Shown here one piece after another: positions 44,555-52,685 of a stretch of DNA of 63,468 bases. Under the pieces are notes generated by a model. The model did not search any database. It was not told the origin of the DNA and saw only the letters and a program-made list of their open reading frames with translations. Both the position numbers and the translations under genes were made by a program. Every line of letters starts with the position of its first letter. Positions within the stretch are counted from its first letter, which is position 1. Origin of the DNA: Bacillota bacterium (GTDB lineage: Bacteria > Bacillota > Dethiobacteria > DTU022 > UBA8154); assembly GCA_030656575.1 (NCBI GenBank), contig JAUSPO010000190.1:1-63468 (forward strand), given 5' to 3'.

Positions 44555-44818
44555 TCAGGAAATACTGACAAGCTTGTCCGCCATTTTCTTTAAGGAACCT
44601 GCAATGGAAGACATACTTTCAAGGGAAGCGAGAATCTCCTCGCTGGCGGCCGCCTGGGTCTGAGCGGTATCTCCGGATTCCTTGATGCCGGCGGAAATAT
44701 CTTTCATTAACCTGACAATGTTTTTAGTAATATCAGAAATCTGCTGAACCGAGGTACTGCTGATCAAAGGTTGATAGCACTGTGGCGTCGGGTCTTCCTT
44801 TATAATTCTGACTACCAA
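44555..44818 (-). pseudogene. Relic of a methyl-accepting chemotaxis protein (last ~65 residues of the signalling domain only)
   Basis: ...VQQISDITKNIVRLMKDISAGIKESGDTAQTQAAASEEILASLESMSSIAGSLKKMADKL resembles an MCP C-terminal helix. There is no sensor, HAMP or hairpin-tip region. The ORF begins inside a TATAATTCTGACTACC box. Confidence 0.6.
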
Positions 44819-44845
44819 ATAAGTATCAATATAAATTATTGATGC

Positions 44846-45721
44846 TTATTTCTTTAACGTCTCCAGGTAAGCATTAAACTCTTCCTGAAAGTTTTCAGGA
44901 TGGGTTAAAAAGGTAAAATCCTGCGGGTGTTCAATAAAAGCACGGTACTGGGGAATCTCTTTCAAAAGGGAAAATCCGGGAAGTTCCACTGGTTCTGCAT
45001 AATATAACGGTGGGCAGGAAAGATAGGACGGGTTGTGAACAAATAGGAGATCATCTTCTTCTCCGGGAGAAACCAGCTGACAGTATCCCCCACCACCCAT
45101 CTCCTGCAGTGGATCATATATTGAAGCAAAGTTGTCTGCCACAAGATTACTCATAATGAGATAATCATCACCGGGATTAACTGTAATATGGCCGAACCCT
45201 GAAGGGATAAGGACTTTATCTCCCGGGTCAGCAGCGACTACAATAACCTCGTCAATTCCTTTTCCCGGTTCAGCAGGGTTATGGGGTCTTTGAAATAGAT
45301 AATGCGCTCTACCGTGAAGTACTTCATACACTTCCGGATAGGTGAACTCTGTACCGGGTTTTACGGGATGATAGTGGCCGGCAGTCTTTACATATTCCTC
45401 ACCGATAGTGCCGGGAACAATTATAGTTATATCATAACGAATACCCCTTTCCCTGAGAAGGTTCTTGTGCTCCCTCAGGTGCACATCACGATACATATAG
45501 TAAAGTTCCCGCCGTGGATCTGTGTTCTCAGGCCTGCTCCCTCCTTTTCTGTAAAGGACATCCTGCATCTCTCCCAGTCTGCGGATGACAGGGTCAACAT
45601 CCTCCAGGGCAGGGGCAAAAACAAGCCTTTTTTTATCCGGATTCCATTCTATGGGTAAACCGCTTAAAGATAACTCGATCATTTTTAATTCCGACTTTTC
45701 CAAAAGAAAAATCGGATGCAC
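44846..45721 (-). CDS. Cupin-type (archaeal-like) glucose-6-phosphate isomerase with extra N- and C-terminal sequence
   Basis: ...TAGHYHPVKPGTEFTYPEVYEVLHGRAHYLF...GDKVLIPSGFGHITVNPGD... matches the cPGI metal-binding cupin pattern (GHxH...EVY...H). 291-aa ORF; the start may be the ATG at 45682. Confidence 0.7.
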   Translation of the reverse strand: MHPIFLLEKSELKMIELSLSGLPIEWNPDKKRLVFAPALEDVDPVIRRLGEMQDVLYRKGGSRPENTDPRRELYYMYRDVHLREHKNLLRERGIRYDITIIVPGTIGEEYVKTAGHYHPVKPGTEFTYPEVYEVLHGRAHYLFQRPHNPAEPGKGIDEVIVVAADPGDKVLIPSGFGHITVNPGDDYLIMSNLVADNFASIYDPLQEMGGGGYCQLVSPGEEDDLLFVHNPSYLSCPPLYYAEPVELPGFSLLKEIPQYRAFIEHPQDFTFLTHPENFQEEFNAYLETLKK

Positions 45722-45764
45722 CTCCTCTCTTTGAATCCTATAGGGACATTTAATTCCTCGTAAG

Positions 45765-47273
45765 CTAGATGCCCAGCTCTTGTCGCACTCCGTTTTTCAG
45801 TTCTTCCAAAAGAGTCTCTTCAGGAGCCTCAATATAGATTCGGAAAAGATCTTCAGTCCCCGATGAACGTATTAGAAACCAGCTTCCACCCTTCATATGG
45901 GCCTTCAATCCATCAATACGGTTAATCTTTTCAACTTCAAGACCTGCAATAGACGCAGGATGCCAGGTCTCCAGCTTTTGAAGGACTTCTTCTTTTTTAT
46001 GGTGCGAAGTATGTATATCCCACCTGTTTGAACAAAAAAGTTTGACCTTTTTGCCAATTTCTCCAAACAACTCGTCCGGCCTTTTACCTGTTACCGCCAG
46101 CATTTCTACAAACAGCAGGGCGGCCATAATACCATCTTTTTCAGGAATATGCCCTCTGATGCTCACTCCACCGCTTTCCTCTCCTCCTAAAAAAGCTTCT
46201 TGTTCCCGCAACACCTGGCCGATATATTTAAAACCTACAGGTGTTTCCTGAAGTCCAAGGTTATAATAACCAGCAAGGCGGTCTAGATTATGAGTAGTTG
46301 CCACAGTACGGACCACGACTCCCTGCCACTTGCGGTTCTGCACAAGATGCTCCAGGAAAAGTGTAAGAATCTCATTTGCGCCGAGGTATTCACCATCCGG
46401 CCCGATCACACCAAGGCGGTCCGCGTCGCCGTCAAGGGCAAGGCCTACCCCTGCCTGGAGCTCCAATACAAGGCCGCGCAGTTTTTCCAGGTTTGCCCGG
46501 GATGGATCGGGAAGGCCACCTCCAAAGAAGGGATCCCGGTAACCCCTGATAACCTCCATACTGCATCCCAGTGGGCCGAGAAAGGCCTCCAGGTAGCCTA
46601 TACCGGCACCGTGCATAGCATCTATGACAACAAAAGGGGGCGCCGCTGCGATAGCCTGCACATCTATGATCTTTTCAAGATGCTCAAAATAAGGTCCGGC
46701 CGGTTCTATGAATTCCAGAGACGCCTTTGGGGAATCCAGTCCATTGAACGTGCCCGATTCTGTCTCTTCATTATTTTCGTCAAGGAGATCCCGCAGCTGG
46801 TTAAGCCGCTCATTAAACATTTTTTGATCCTTTTCATCTTTTTCCTTATTCTCTTCCTGTAGATAATAACTTAACAGCTCGCTGATACGGTCCGTCTCCT
46901 CAGGCATGGCAGGTCCGGCGTAATGGGGAATAAACTTTATACCCTGGTAGCGGGATGGATTGTGGCTGGCTGTAAACATAACAGCCCCTGCAGTCTTCCA
47001 GTGCGTAACTGCAAAAGCAACAGCAGGAGTAGGGGCCGGCCTCTGACAGAGATATACTTTGATACCTCTGCTCATAAGAGCTAATGAACAATGGGCGGCA
47101 AATTCCTCTGCTAGGAAGCGGTTGTCATACCCCACCACGACTCCGTCACTTTCCCTTTTTTCTTCCTCCAAAAAACTCGCAATCGCATGGGTAACCGCCC
47201 TCACATTACTAACGGTAAACTCATCTGCAATAACTGCGCGCCATCCATCGGTACCAAACTTAATTTTGTGCAA
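45765..47273 (-). CDS. Phosphoglucomutase/phosphomannomutase family protein
   Basis: MHKIKFGTDGWRAVIADEF..., active-site TASHNPSRYQGIKF, metal loop LALDGDADRLG. TTG start. Confidence 0.9.
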   Translation of the reverse strand: MHKIKFGTDGWRAVIADEFTVSNVRAVTHAIASFLEEEKRESDGVVVGYDNRFLAEEFAAHCSLALMSRGIKVYLCQRPAPTPAVAFAVTHWKTAGAVMFTASHNPSRYQGIKFIPHYAGPAMPEETDRISELLSYYLQEENKEKDEKDQKMFNERLNQLRDLLDENNEETESGTFNGLDSPKASLEFIEPAGPYFEHLEKIIDVQAIAAAPPFVVIDAMHGAGIGYLEAFLGPLGCSMEVIRGYRDPFFGGGLPDPSRANLEKLRGLVLELQAGVGLALDGDADRLGVIGPDGEYLGANEILTLFLEHLVQNRKWQGVVVRTVATTHNLDRLAGYYNLGLQETPVGFKYIGQVLREQEAFLGGEESGGVSIRGHIPEKDGIMAALLFVEMLAVTGKRPDELFGEIGKKVKLFCSNRWDIHTSHHKKEEVLQKLETWHPASIAGLEVEKINRIDGLKAHMKGGSWFLIRSSGTEDLFRIYIEAPEETLLEELKNGVRQELGI

Positions 47274-47282
47274 AATACACAG

Positions 47283-47306
47283 GCCTGGTTCTTGAGGGAA
47301 CCAGGC
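47283..47306 (-). other. 9-bp hairpin lying between the only AAGGAGG and the pgm TTG start
   Basis: GCCTGGTTC-ttgagg-GAACCAGGC. The SD complement CCTCCTT is at 47311-47317. The start codon is at 47271-47273. Confidence 0.6.
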
Positions 47307-47357
47307 TGCACCTCCTTTTGTTTCAAAGGAAACAAATCCCTTTTATCCCTGTTTTCT

Positions 47358-48416
47358 CTATTCGCTTACGACAGGTATATTCCCTGCTGTAACAGCTTCT
47401 TTCTCATTCATTTCTCTCTTTTTTACATAGAGAGCAAGATCCGCCACACGACAGGAATAACTCCACTCATTATCGTACCAGGAGACAACCCTTACCATAT
47501 TGTTCCCCACTACCATGGTGCTGAGGCCGTCTATAACGCAGGAAAAGGGGCTGCGCTTGTAATCTATAGAAACGAGAGGTTCCTCACTATAGGAAATAAT
47601 TTCCGGAAGTTCTTCGGCAGCCTGCCGCATCGCAGAATTGATCTCCTCCGCAGTAACCTCCCTTTGAAGGGTGGCTACCAGGTCGAGCAGGGAAACTGTC
47701 GGAGTGGGAACACGTACCGCAAACCCATCAATACGCCCCTTCAGTTCGGGAATCACTTCACCCACAGCCCGGGCCGCACCGGTAGACGTGGGAATCAGGG
47801 ATAGAAAGGCAGCACGGGCGCGCCTTAAATCCCCATGTGGATAATCCAGCAAACGCTGATCATTCGTGTAGGCATGAGTTGTGTTAATCATTGCCTTTTC
47901 AATACCAAAATTGTTGTGGAGGACCTTTGCCACCGGCGCCAGGGCGTTGGTAGTACATGATGCATTTGAAATAATTCGGTGTTTTGAGGGTACGAAATCT
48001 TCTTCATTAACTCCCATAACTATGGTCAGATCCGGATCCTTCATAGGGGAAGTAACTATTACCCTCGAAGCTCCCGCTATTAAATGGCGCCCGACCCCTT
48101 TATGATCGCGGAAGACACCTGTTGATTCAATTACCACGTCAACCCCCAGATCCCCCCAGGGAATCCTTTCGGGTTCCTTTTCAGAGAAGGTGCGAATCTC
48201 GTGATTGTTAAACTTTATTGAATTTTTAGTTGCTTTTACATCATAGGGCAGCTTGTCGTAAAGCGAATCGTATTGAAGCAAATGGGCCATGGTTTTGCTG
48301 TCGGTAAGGTCGTTGACCGCCACCACTTCAGCACCTTTTTTTTCCAAAAGAGCGCGATAAGTTACCCGGCCAATTCTTCCAAAACCGTTAATTCCTATCT
48401 TTAATACCATATTCAA
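47358..48416 (-). CDS. gap: Glyceraldehyde-3-phosphate dehydrogenase, type I
   Basis: KIGINGFGRIGR, SNASCTTNALAP, WYDNEWSY. Confidence 0.95.
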   Translation of the reverse strand: MNMVLKIGINGFGRIGRVTYRALLEKKGAEVVAVNDLTDSKTMAHLLQYDSLYDKLPYDVKATKNSIKFNNHEIRTFSEKEPERIPWGDLGVDVVIESTGVFRDHKGVGRHLIAGASRVIVTSPMKDPDLTIVMGVNEEDFVPSKHRIISNASCTTNALAPVAKVLHNNFGIEKAMINTTHAYTNDQRLLDYPHGDLRRARAAFLSLIPTSTGAARAVGEVIPELKGRIDGFAVRVPTPTVSLLDLVATLQREVTAEEINSAMRQAAEELPEIISYSEEPLVSIDYKRSPFSCVIDGLSTMVVGNNMVRVVSWYDNEWSYSCRVADLALYVKKREMNEKEAVTAGNIPVVSE

Positions 48417-48577
48417 ATTCCCCCCTTTTTACTACATTTAAGTTGCCCGCTTTTTTGAATAGGGATTCTTGACATCTTCTGGTTTCTCTAGAAGATTATA
48501 GTGATTCTTGAAGGATGCACTTCTTAAAACCTGCTATTTCCAAATTTTTTATGATATACTATAATAAATCAAAAAAA

Positions 48578-48625
48578 GTAGTCAGGAGTCAGTATTCAGT
48601 ATTCAGAATTCAGAATAAGAGAAAC
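48578..48625. repeat. Heptamer repeat plus box in the opposite orientation, upstream of dapB
   Basis: GTAGTCAGGAGTCAGTATTCAGTATTCAGAATTCAGAATAAGAGAAACC, read directly. Confidence 0.9.
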
Positions 48626-48754
48626 CGGATAGAAAACAGATAAAGACTTGCGTAGCAAAAACATAATTCTCTTACAGAATATTGAGCAACTAAATAGGTA
48701 ATAACTCTGTTAAATAGGAAATGTCTATATAAGGGATAAGGGAGGGTTAAGGTT

Positions 48755-49561
48755 TTGGAAAAGTTGAGAGTTGCTGTTAGCGGCGCCTTCGGGCGAATGG
48801 GCCGTGAAGTATGCCGTACCGTACTGGATGACGACAACCTGGATCTTGTTGGAGCCTTTGATTCCCACGGAAAGGAAAACGACATAGGATTAGAATTGGG
48901 ACGTCGGAACCTGGGAATTAAAATTAAAGAACTCACACCGAAATCACTGGAAGAATGCAGGGCAAAGGTATTGGTGGATTTTACAACTCCTATGTCTGTT
49001 TTACACAATATCGATATTTCACTGAAAAGCGGAGTCCGGCCAGTGGTAGGGACTACAGGCATTACGCATGTGGACCTTACCAGAATTAGTGAATGGGTGG
49101 ACCGCTCCGGATTAAGTGCCGTAATTGCCCCAAATTTTGCCCTTGGAGCTGTATTAATGATGACGTTTTCTTCTATTGCAGTTCGCTATTTTCCCCAGGC
49201 GGAGATTATTGAAATGCATCATGACCAAAAAATTGATGCTCCTTCAGGAACTGCCCTTAAAACAGCAGATATGATCGCATCCAATCGCCAGGAAGAACCT
49301 TTGGAAAAAGACGAGCTTTTAAAATTACCTGGCGCCAGAGGCGCAGTTCAGGATAAAATACATATTCACAGCATCAGGTTAAACGGCCTTATCGCCCATC
49401 AGGAAGTAATTTTCGGAGGGCTCGGGCAAACCCTTACCATCCGTCATGACTCATATGACAGAAGTTCATTTATGCCCGGCGTGATCCTTGCCGTAAAAAA
49501 AGTTCCAGTGATTAAGGGCTTAGTCTACGGCCTGGAAAATCTCCTTGATCTTCAGATTTAG
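48755..49561 (+). CDS. dapB: 4-hydroxy-tetrahydrodipicolinate reductase
   Basis: LRVAVSGAFGRMGREV, ...VVGTTG..., EIIEMHHDQKIDAPSGTA. TTG start after GGGAGGG. Confidence 0.9.
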   Translation: MEKLRVAVSGAFGRMGREVCRTVLDDDNLDLVGAFDSHGKENDIGLELGRRNLGIKIKELTPKSLEECRAKVLVDFTTPMSVLHNIDISLKSGVRPVVGTTGITHVDLTRISEWVDRSGLSAVIAPNFALGAVLMMTFSSIAVRYFPQAEIIEMHHDQKIDAPSGTALKTADMIASNRQEEPLEKDELLKLPGARGAVQDKIHIHSIRLNGLIAHQEVIFGGLGQTLTIRHDSYDRSSFMPGVILAVKKVPVIKGLVYGLENLLDLQI

Positions 49562-49690
49562 AAATCAAAAAGTTCATTCATAACTGCAAAAATAAAAGCC
49601 TGTATCCCCTGACCTTTAGGGAATTGATAAAGCACCATTCTGCGGGAAAAAGCATAACATAAAGTGACCCCGCTGGAGGTGTTTAAAAAG

Positions 49691-50290
49691 ATGCTGCAAG
49701 GTAAAAAAATTGGTTTCACGCTGAGCTTAAAGCAACTGGGAGATTCAAAAATTCTTTCAGAAATAGAAAAGATATTATTGCAGGGAGCAGAAATATTTAT
49801 TATCATTTTAAGCCCAGAAGAAAAAAAAGAAGAAGGAATTAAGAACAAATTTCAAAGCATTTTTCGGCATTTAAGCCTGGAGATACTCAAGAAACGCGGA
49901 AGCGTTGAAACCCCTCCCATACTTTCAGAAAAAAAGCATGAGAACCTCGATTACCCGTTTCTGGACCTCCTCGTTGTTGTCCCTGATTCAGGACATCTTC
50001 TTGGCCTCCTGGAACAGATGACTCCTGAAGATCACAGCAGCCCCCCTTTGGTAGTGGTGCCCTCATTGGAAAATGAACCTGCGCCCCTTTTAAGCTATAT
50101 TTCCTCACTTATGAAGAAAAAAGGGATTTACTTTGTTCCATTTGGACCAGTGGATCGCAAGCAGGAAAAAAAGGAGAAAACAACTCTTCTTTACAGCCGA
50201 TTGGACCTGCTTACAGAAACCTGTGCTGCTGCCTTGGAAGGAGTACAGCTTAAACCTTCCACCTGGGAAAACCATACTTTTCCCCATTAA
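49691..50290 (+). CDS. Degenerate dipicolinate synthase B-subunit (DpaB/SpoVFB)-like protein
   Basis: MLQGKKIGFTLS...QGAEIFIIILS...LDLLVVVPDSG...KKGIYFVPFGPVD...LEGVQLKP is colinear by eye with SpoVFB. However, TGSHCT is replaced by LSLKQL and PxTGN by PDSGH. No dpaA is adjacent. Confidence 0.55.
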   Translation: MLQGKKIGFTLSLKQLGDSKILSEIEKILLQGAEIFIIILSPEEKKEEGIKNKFQSIFRHLSLEILKKRGSVETPPILSEKKHENLDYPFLDLLVVVPDSGHLLGLLEQMTPEDHSSPPLVVVPSLENEPAPLLSYISSLMKKKGIYFVPFGPVDRKQEKKEKTTLLYSRLDLLTETCAAALEGVQLKPSTWENHTFPH

Positions 50291-50336
50291 TCCCAGATTC
50301 TCAGGTTTCTCTCCCTTTTAATTCTGTGTAAATGTG

Positions 50337-50365
50337 AAATGCCGAGAACATTGGCATTTTTTTTC
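50337..50365 (+). terminator. Rho-independent terminator after the DpaB-like gene
   Basis: AAATGCC-gagaacatt-GGCATTT followed by a T-run. Confidence 0.7.
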
Positions 50366-50526
50366 TGCTCTATTTCCTGCTCATAATCTCCTTTTATCTT
50401 TATTTCCCGGGAAATATCGACAGCATCCTCTGTCTAAATTCTAAGAATAACCAAGATTCGTTAGGGAAAGATAAAACAAAAATCCGCGCATTTTTTCAAC
50501 TTAACTTCCAAGGAGCAAAAAAATTA

Positions 50527-50979
50527 ATGAAAATAAATCTATTTGCCATCCTAATGGCAGCGCTGGCGGGGTCTGTAATGGCTATCCAGGGAACAATCAA
50601 TGCTGCTTTAGGGAAAATAGTCGGCCTGTTGGAGGCAACCCTTATAGTAATGGTTATTGGAGTTATTACTGCGTTAGTCGTCCTATACCCTCTGGGTCTC
50701 GGCAAAGGAAGTATGGGTAAAATTTCTGAAGCACCCTGGTTCACTTTTTTAGGCGGACTCCTAATCGTCATAATTACTTACGCTGTTGCTGCAAGTATTC
50801 CCCGAGTCGGAGTTGCCACTGCCACAACTGCGATCGTGGCAGCACAGGTGTCAACTGCCGTTATCATCGACCACTTCGGCCTCTTTGGCATGGAAGCCAT
50901 TCCTTTTTCGTGGTGGAAAATCCTTGGCCTTGTACTGCTGGCAGCAGGAACACGTATCATGTTAATTAGCAGCATGTAA
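50527..50979 (+). CDS. DMT-superfamily small membrane protein (DUF606/YdcZ-like)
   Basis: 150 aa with 4-5 TM helices. ...QGTINAALGK...GGLLIVIITYAVAASIPRVGVATAT... pattern. Confidence 0.65.
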   Translation: MKINLFAILMAALAGSVMAIQGTINAALGKIVGLLEATLIVMVIGVITALVVLYPLGLGKGSMGKISEAPWFTFLGGLLIVIITYAVAASIPRVGVATATTAIVAAQVSTAVIIDHFGLFGMEAIPFSWWKILGLVLLAAGTRIMLISSM

Positions 50980-50985
50980 TTGGGT

Positions 50986-51225
50986 GGTGGTGAGTCGCTG
51001 AACCAGAGTCTCCAAGTTTAAGTGACCGGCTCTTAGCGGCTCAGCTCCGGCGCTACGGCAGTTGTCGAAGGCTGTAGTTCGCTCTAAGTTCCGCGAAGAC
51101 AAGTTCTACGGCTCAGCTCAGGTCTAGGGGACATTCCTCTGCAAGAGGTGTGTCCCCTAGGGCCTGGAGTTAAGCCGTAGAGCTTTCCGCGGGAAACCGT
51201 TAACTCCGGCTCAGCATTCACCACC
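50986..51225 (+). mobile_element. MITE-like element A (about 240 bp) with imperfect terminal inverted repeats; no coding capacity
   Basis: GGTGGTGAGTCGCTGA (50986-51001) pairs with TCAGCATTCACCACC (51211-51225). An internal 10-bp palindrome arm CTAGGGGACA/TGTCCCCTAG lies at 51123-51163. The last ~85 nt are homologous to element B in inverted orientation. Confidence 0.6.
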
Positions 51226-51640
51226 TGAGCGGGACAAGCGAGGAAATCTTTCCTTCATTTTTGAGTCCTTAATACGATTTCTGGACTAACTCTGGCAATA
51301 GGTTATTTCACTTCTGCTTTTTCTGTAGTAACCAAAAAACAAGTGAAGGCCACCCTATTTGTGGAATTTTTAGTGTATATACGACATTTATCGCTAAGAT
51401 ATGATTTATTTAGATATATTTCGACAATATAAATAGGCGATAACTGGAATTATTTTCAGCTGCAGATGGATGTTATGACTGCTGTCAGAAAAAGGCGTAC
51501 TGTTCGTTTGTAGAAAAAAGACCGCTTAATGATGCTTTGGTTTAACCAACAGAACTTGCTGACATACATAGTTCCAACAAATCTTTTACTGCCTTTAGGG
51601 ATTAGTTCCTAAACAAATACTTTGCCATTACATACAATAA

Positions 51641-51682
51641 TGCACCCCAAATATCAGACTTGTGTCTAACATTTGGGGTGCA
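51641..51682 (-). terminator. Perfect 12-bp hairpin 38 nt downstream of the SPFH gene (possible terminator; weak U-tract)
   Basis: TGCACCCCAAAT/ATTTGGGGTGCA with an 18-nt loop containing AGAC/GTCT. Confidence 0.4.
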
Positions 51683-51719
51683 CTTCACTCTTTAAGCTGT
51701 TATTCCTATGGAAATAATC

Positions 51720-52484
51720 TCACTCATTATCTTTCTTAATGTAAATATCCAGTGACTCTGCCAGGTAACGCAGTTCCATGGGCAGGGGAAACGCGATAAT
51801 ATTTCCGGGCTGTCCGGCAATCTCCGGAATTGTGCGCAGCAAGCGCATAAATAATCCTCCGGGTCGCTCTGCCAGTATTGAAGCCGCATCTGCCAGCTTT
51901 TGCGCCGCCTGCACTTCTCCTTCTGCCTGAATAACAATGGCCCGCCTCTCCCTTTCAGCAGATGCCTGCCGGGACATAGCTTTTTGCAGGCCTTCAGGAA
52001 TATTCACATCCTTAATCTCTACCGCAGTAACCTTGATTCCCCATGGATCGGTGGCTTCATCCAGGATTTTCTGAATCTGCGAGTTAAGTTTCTCTCTTTC
52101 CGAAAGCAGTTCGTCGAGCTCGGCCTGGCCTGCAACACTGCGCAGTGTGGTCTGGGCCAGCTGTCCTGTAGCCACCATGAAGTTCTCCACATTCACAATA
52201 GCATTATTGGGATCTACTACCCGGTAGTAGATGACAGCATTTACGCTTGCGGTGACATTATCCTTCGTAATTAAATCCTGGGTGGGGACATCCAGCGTAA
52301 TTACCCTTAAAGAAACACGCACAAAACGGTCAATTACAGGAATTAGCATGACCAGTCCAGGCCCCCTGATGCCCACAAGACGACCCAGTCGGAACACAAC
52401 CAGCCTTTCATATTCCCGTACCACCTTGAAAGCGGAATAAAGGAAAATTATGATTATAAACAGCAGGGCCAATGTTGTCTCCAT
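51720..52484 (-). CDS. SPFH/band-7 (stomatin-like) membrane protein
   Basis: 254 aa. N-terminal TM then ...VVREYERLVVFRLGRL...GPGLVMLIPVIDR...VDVPTQDLITKDNV...AERERRA.... Confidence 0.9.
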   Translation of the reverse strand: METTLALLFIIIIFLYSAFKVVREYERLVVFRLGRLVGIRGPGLVMLIPVIDRFVRVSLRVITLDVPTQDLITKDNVTASVNAVIYYRVVDPNNAIVNVENFMVATGQLAQTTLRSVAGQAELDELLSEREKLNSQIQKILDEATDPWGIKVTAVEIKDVNIPEGLQKAMSRQASAERERRAIVIQAEGEVQAAQKLADAASILAERPGGLFMRLLRTIPEIAGQPGNIIAFPLPMELRYLAESLDIYIKKDNE

Positions 52485-52598
52485 TAATAACGCCTCCTTC
52501 TTTTTTGAGAGTTATTTTATGATGCCTTTTTCAGCACATGGGGACATTCCTGAGGTGTGCCACCTCACCTTAAACCCGTCTCCATCACCACTAAAATG

Positions 52599-52675
52599 CT
52601 TTCGTCGTTTTCTCTCGTTCTGCTCCTGCCTCTTGATTCCTGCCCTCTTGCCTCTTGAATAAGGGGTGTCCCCTT
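52599..52675. repeat. Variant member of the box-plus-short-repeat family in the nfeD-SPFH spacer, ending in a GGGG/CCCC palindrome
   Basis: TTTCGTCGTTTTCTCTCGTTCTGCTCCTG matches 16845-16872 at about 26/29 by eye. It is followed by CCTCTTG-type repeats and AAGGGG-tgt-CCCCTT (52661-52675). Confidence 0.75.
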
Positions 52676-52685
52676 ATCTCACGCT

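Noticed and set aside
47836-47844. Additional perfect DnaA box (TGTGGATAA) inside gap.
   Set aside because: It is a single isolated copy within a conserved coding region. It is compatible with chance or codon constraints.
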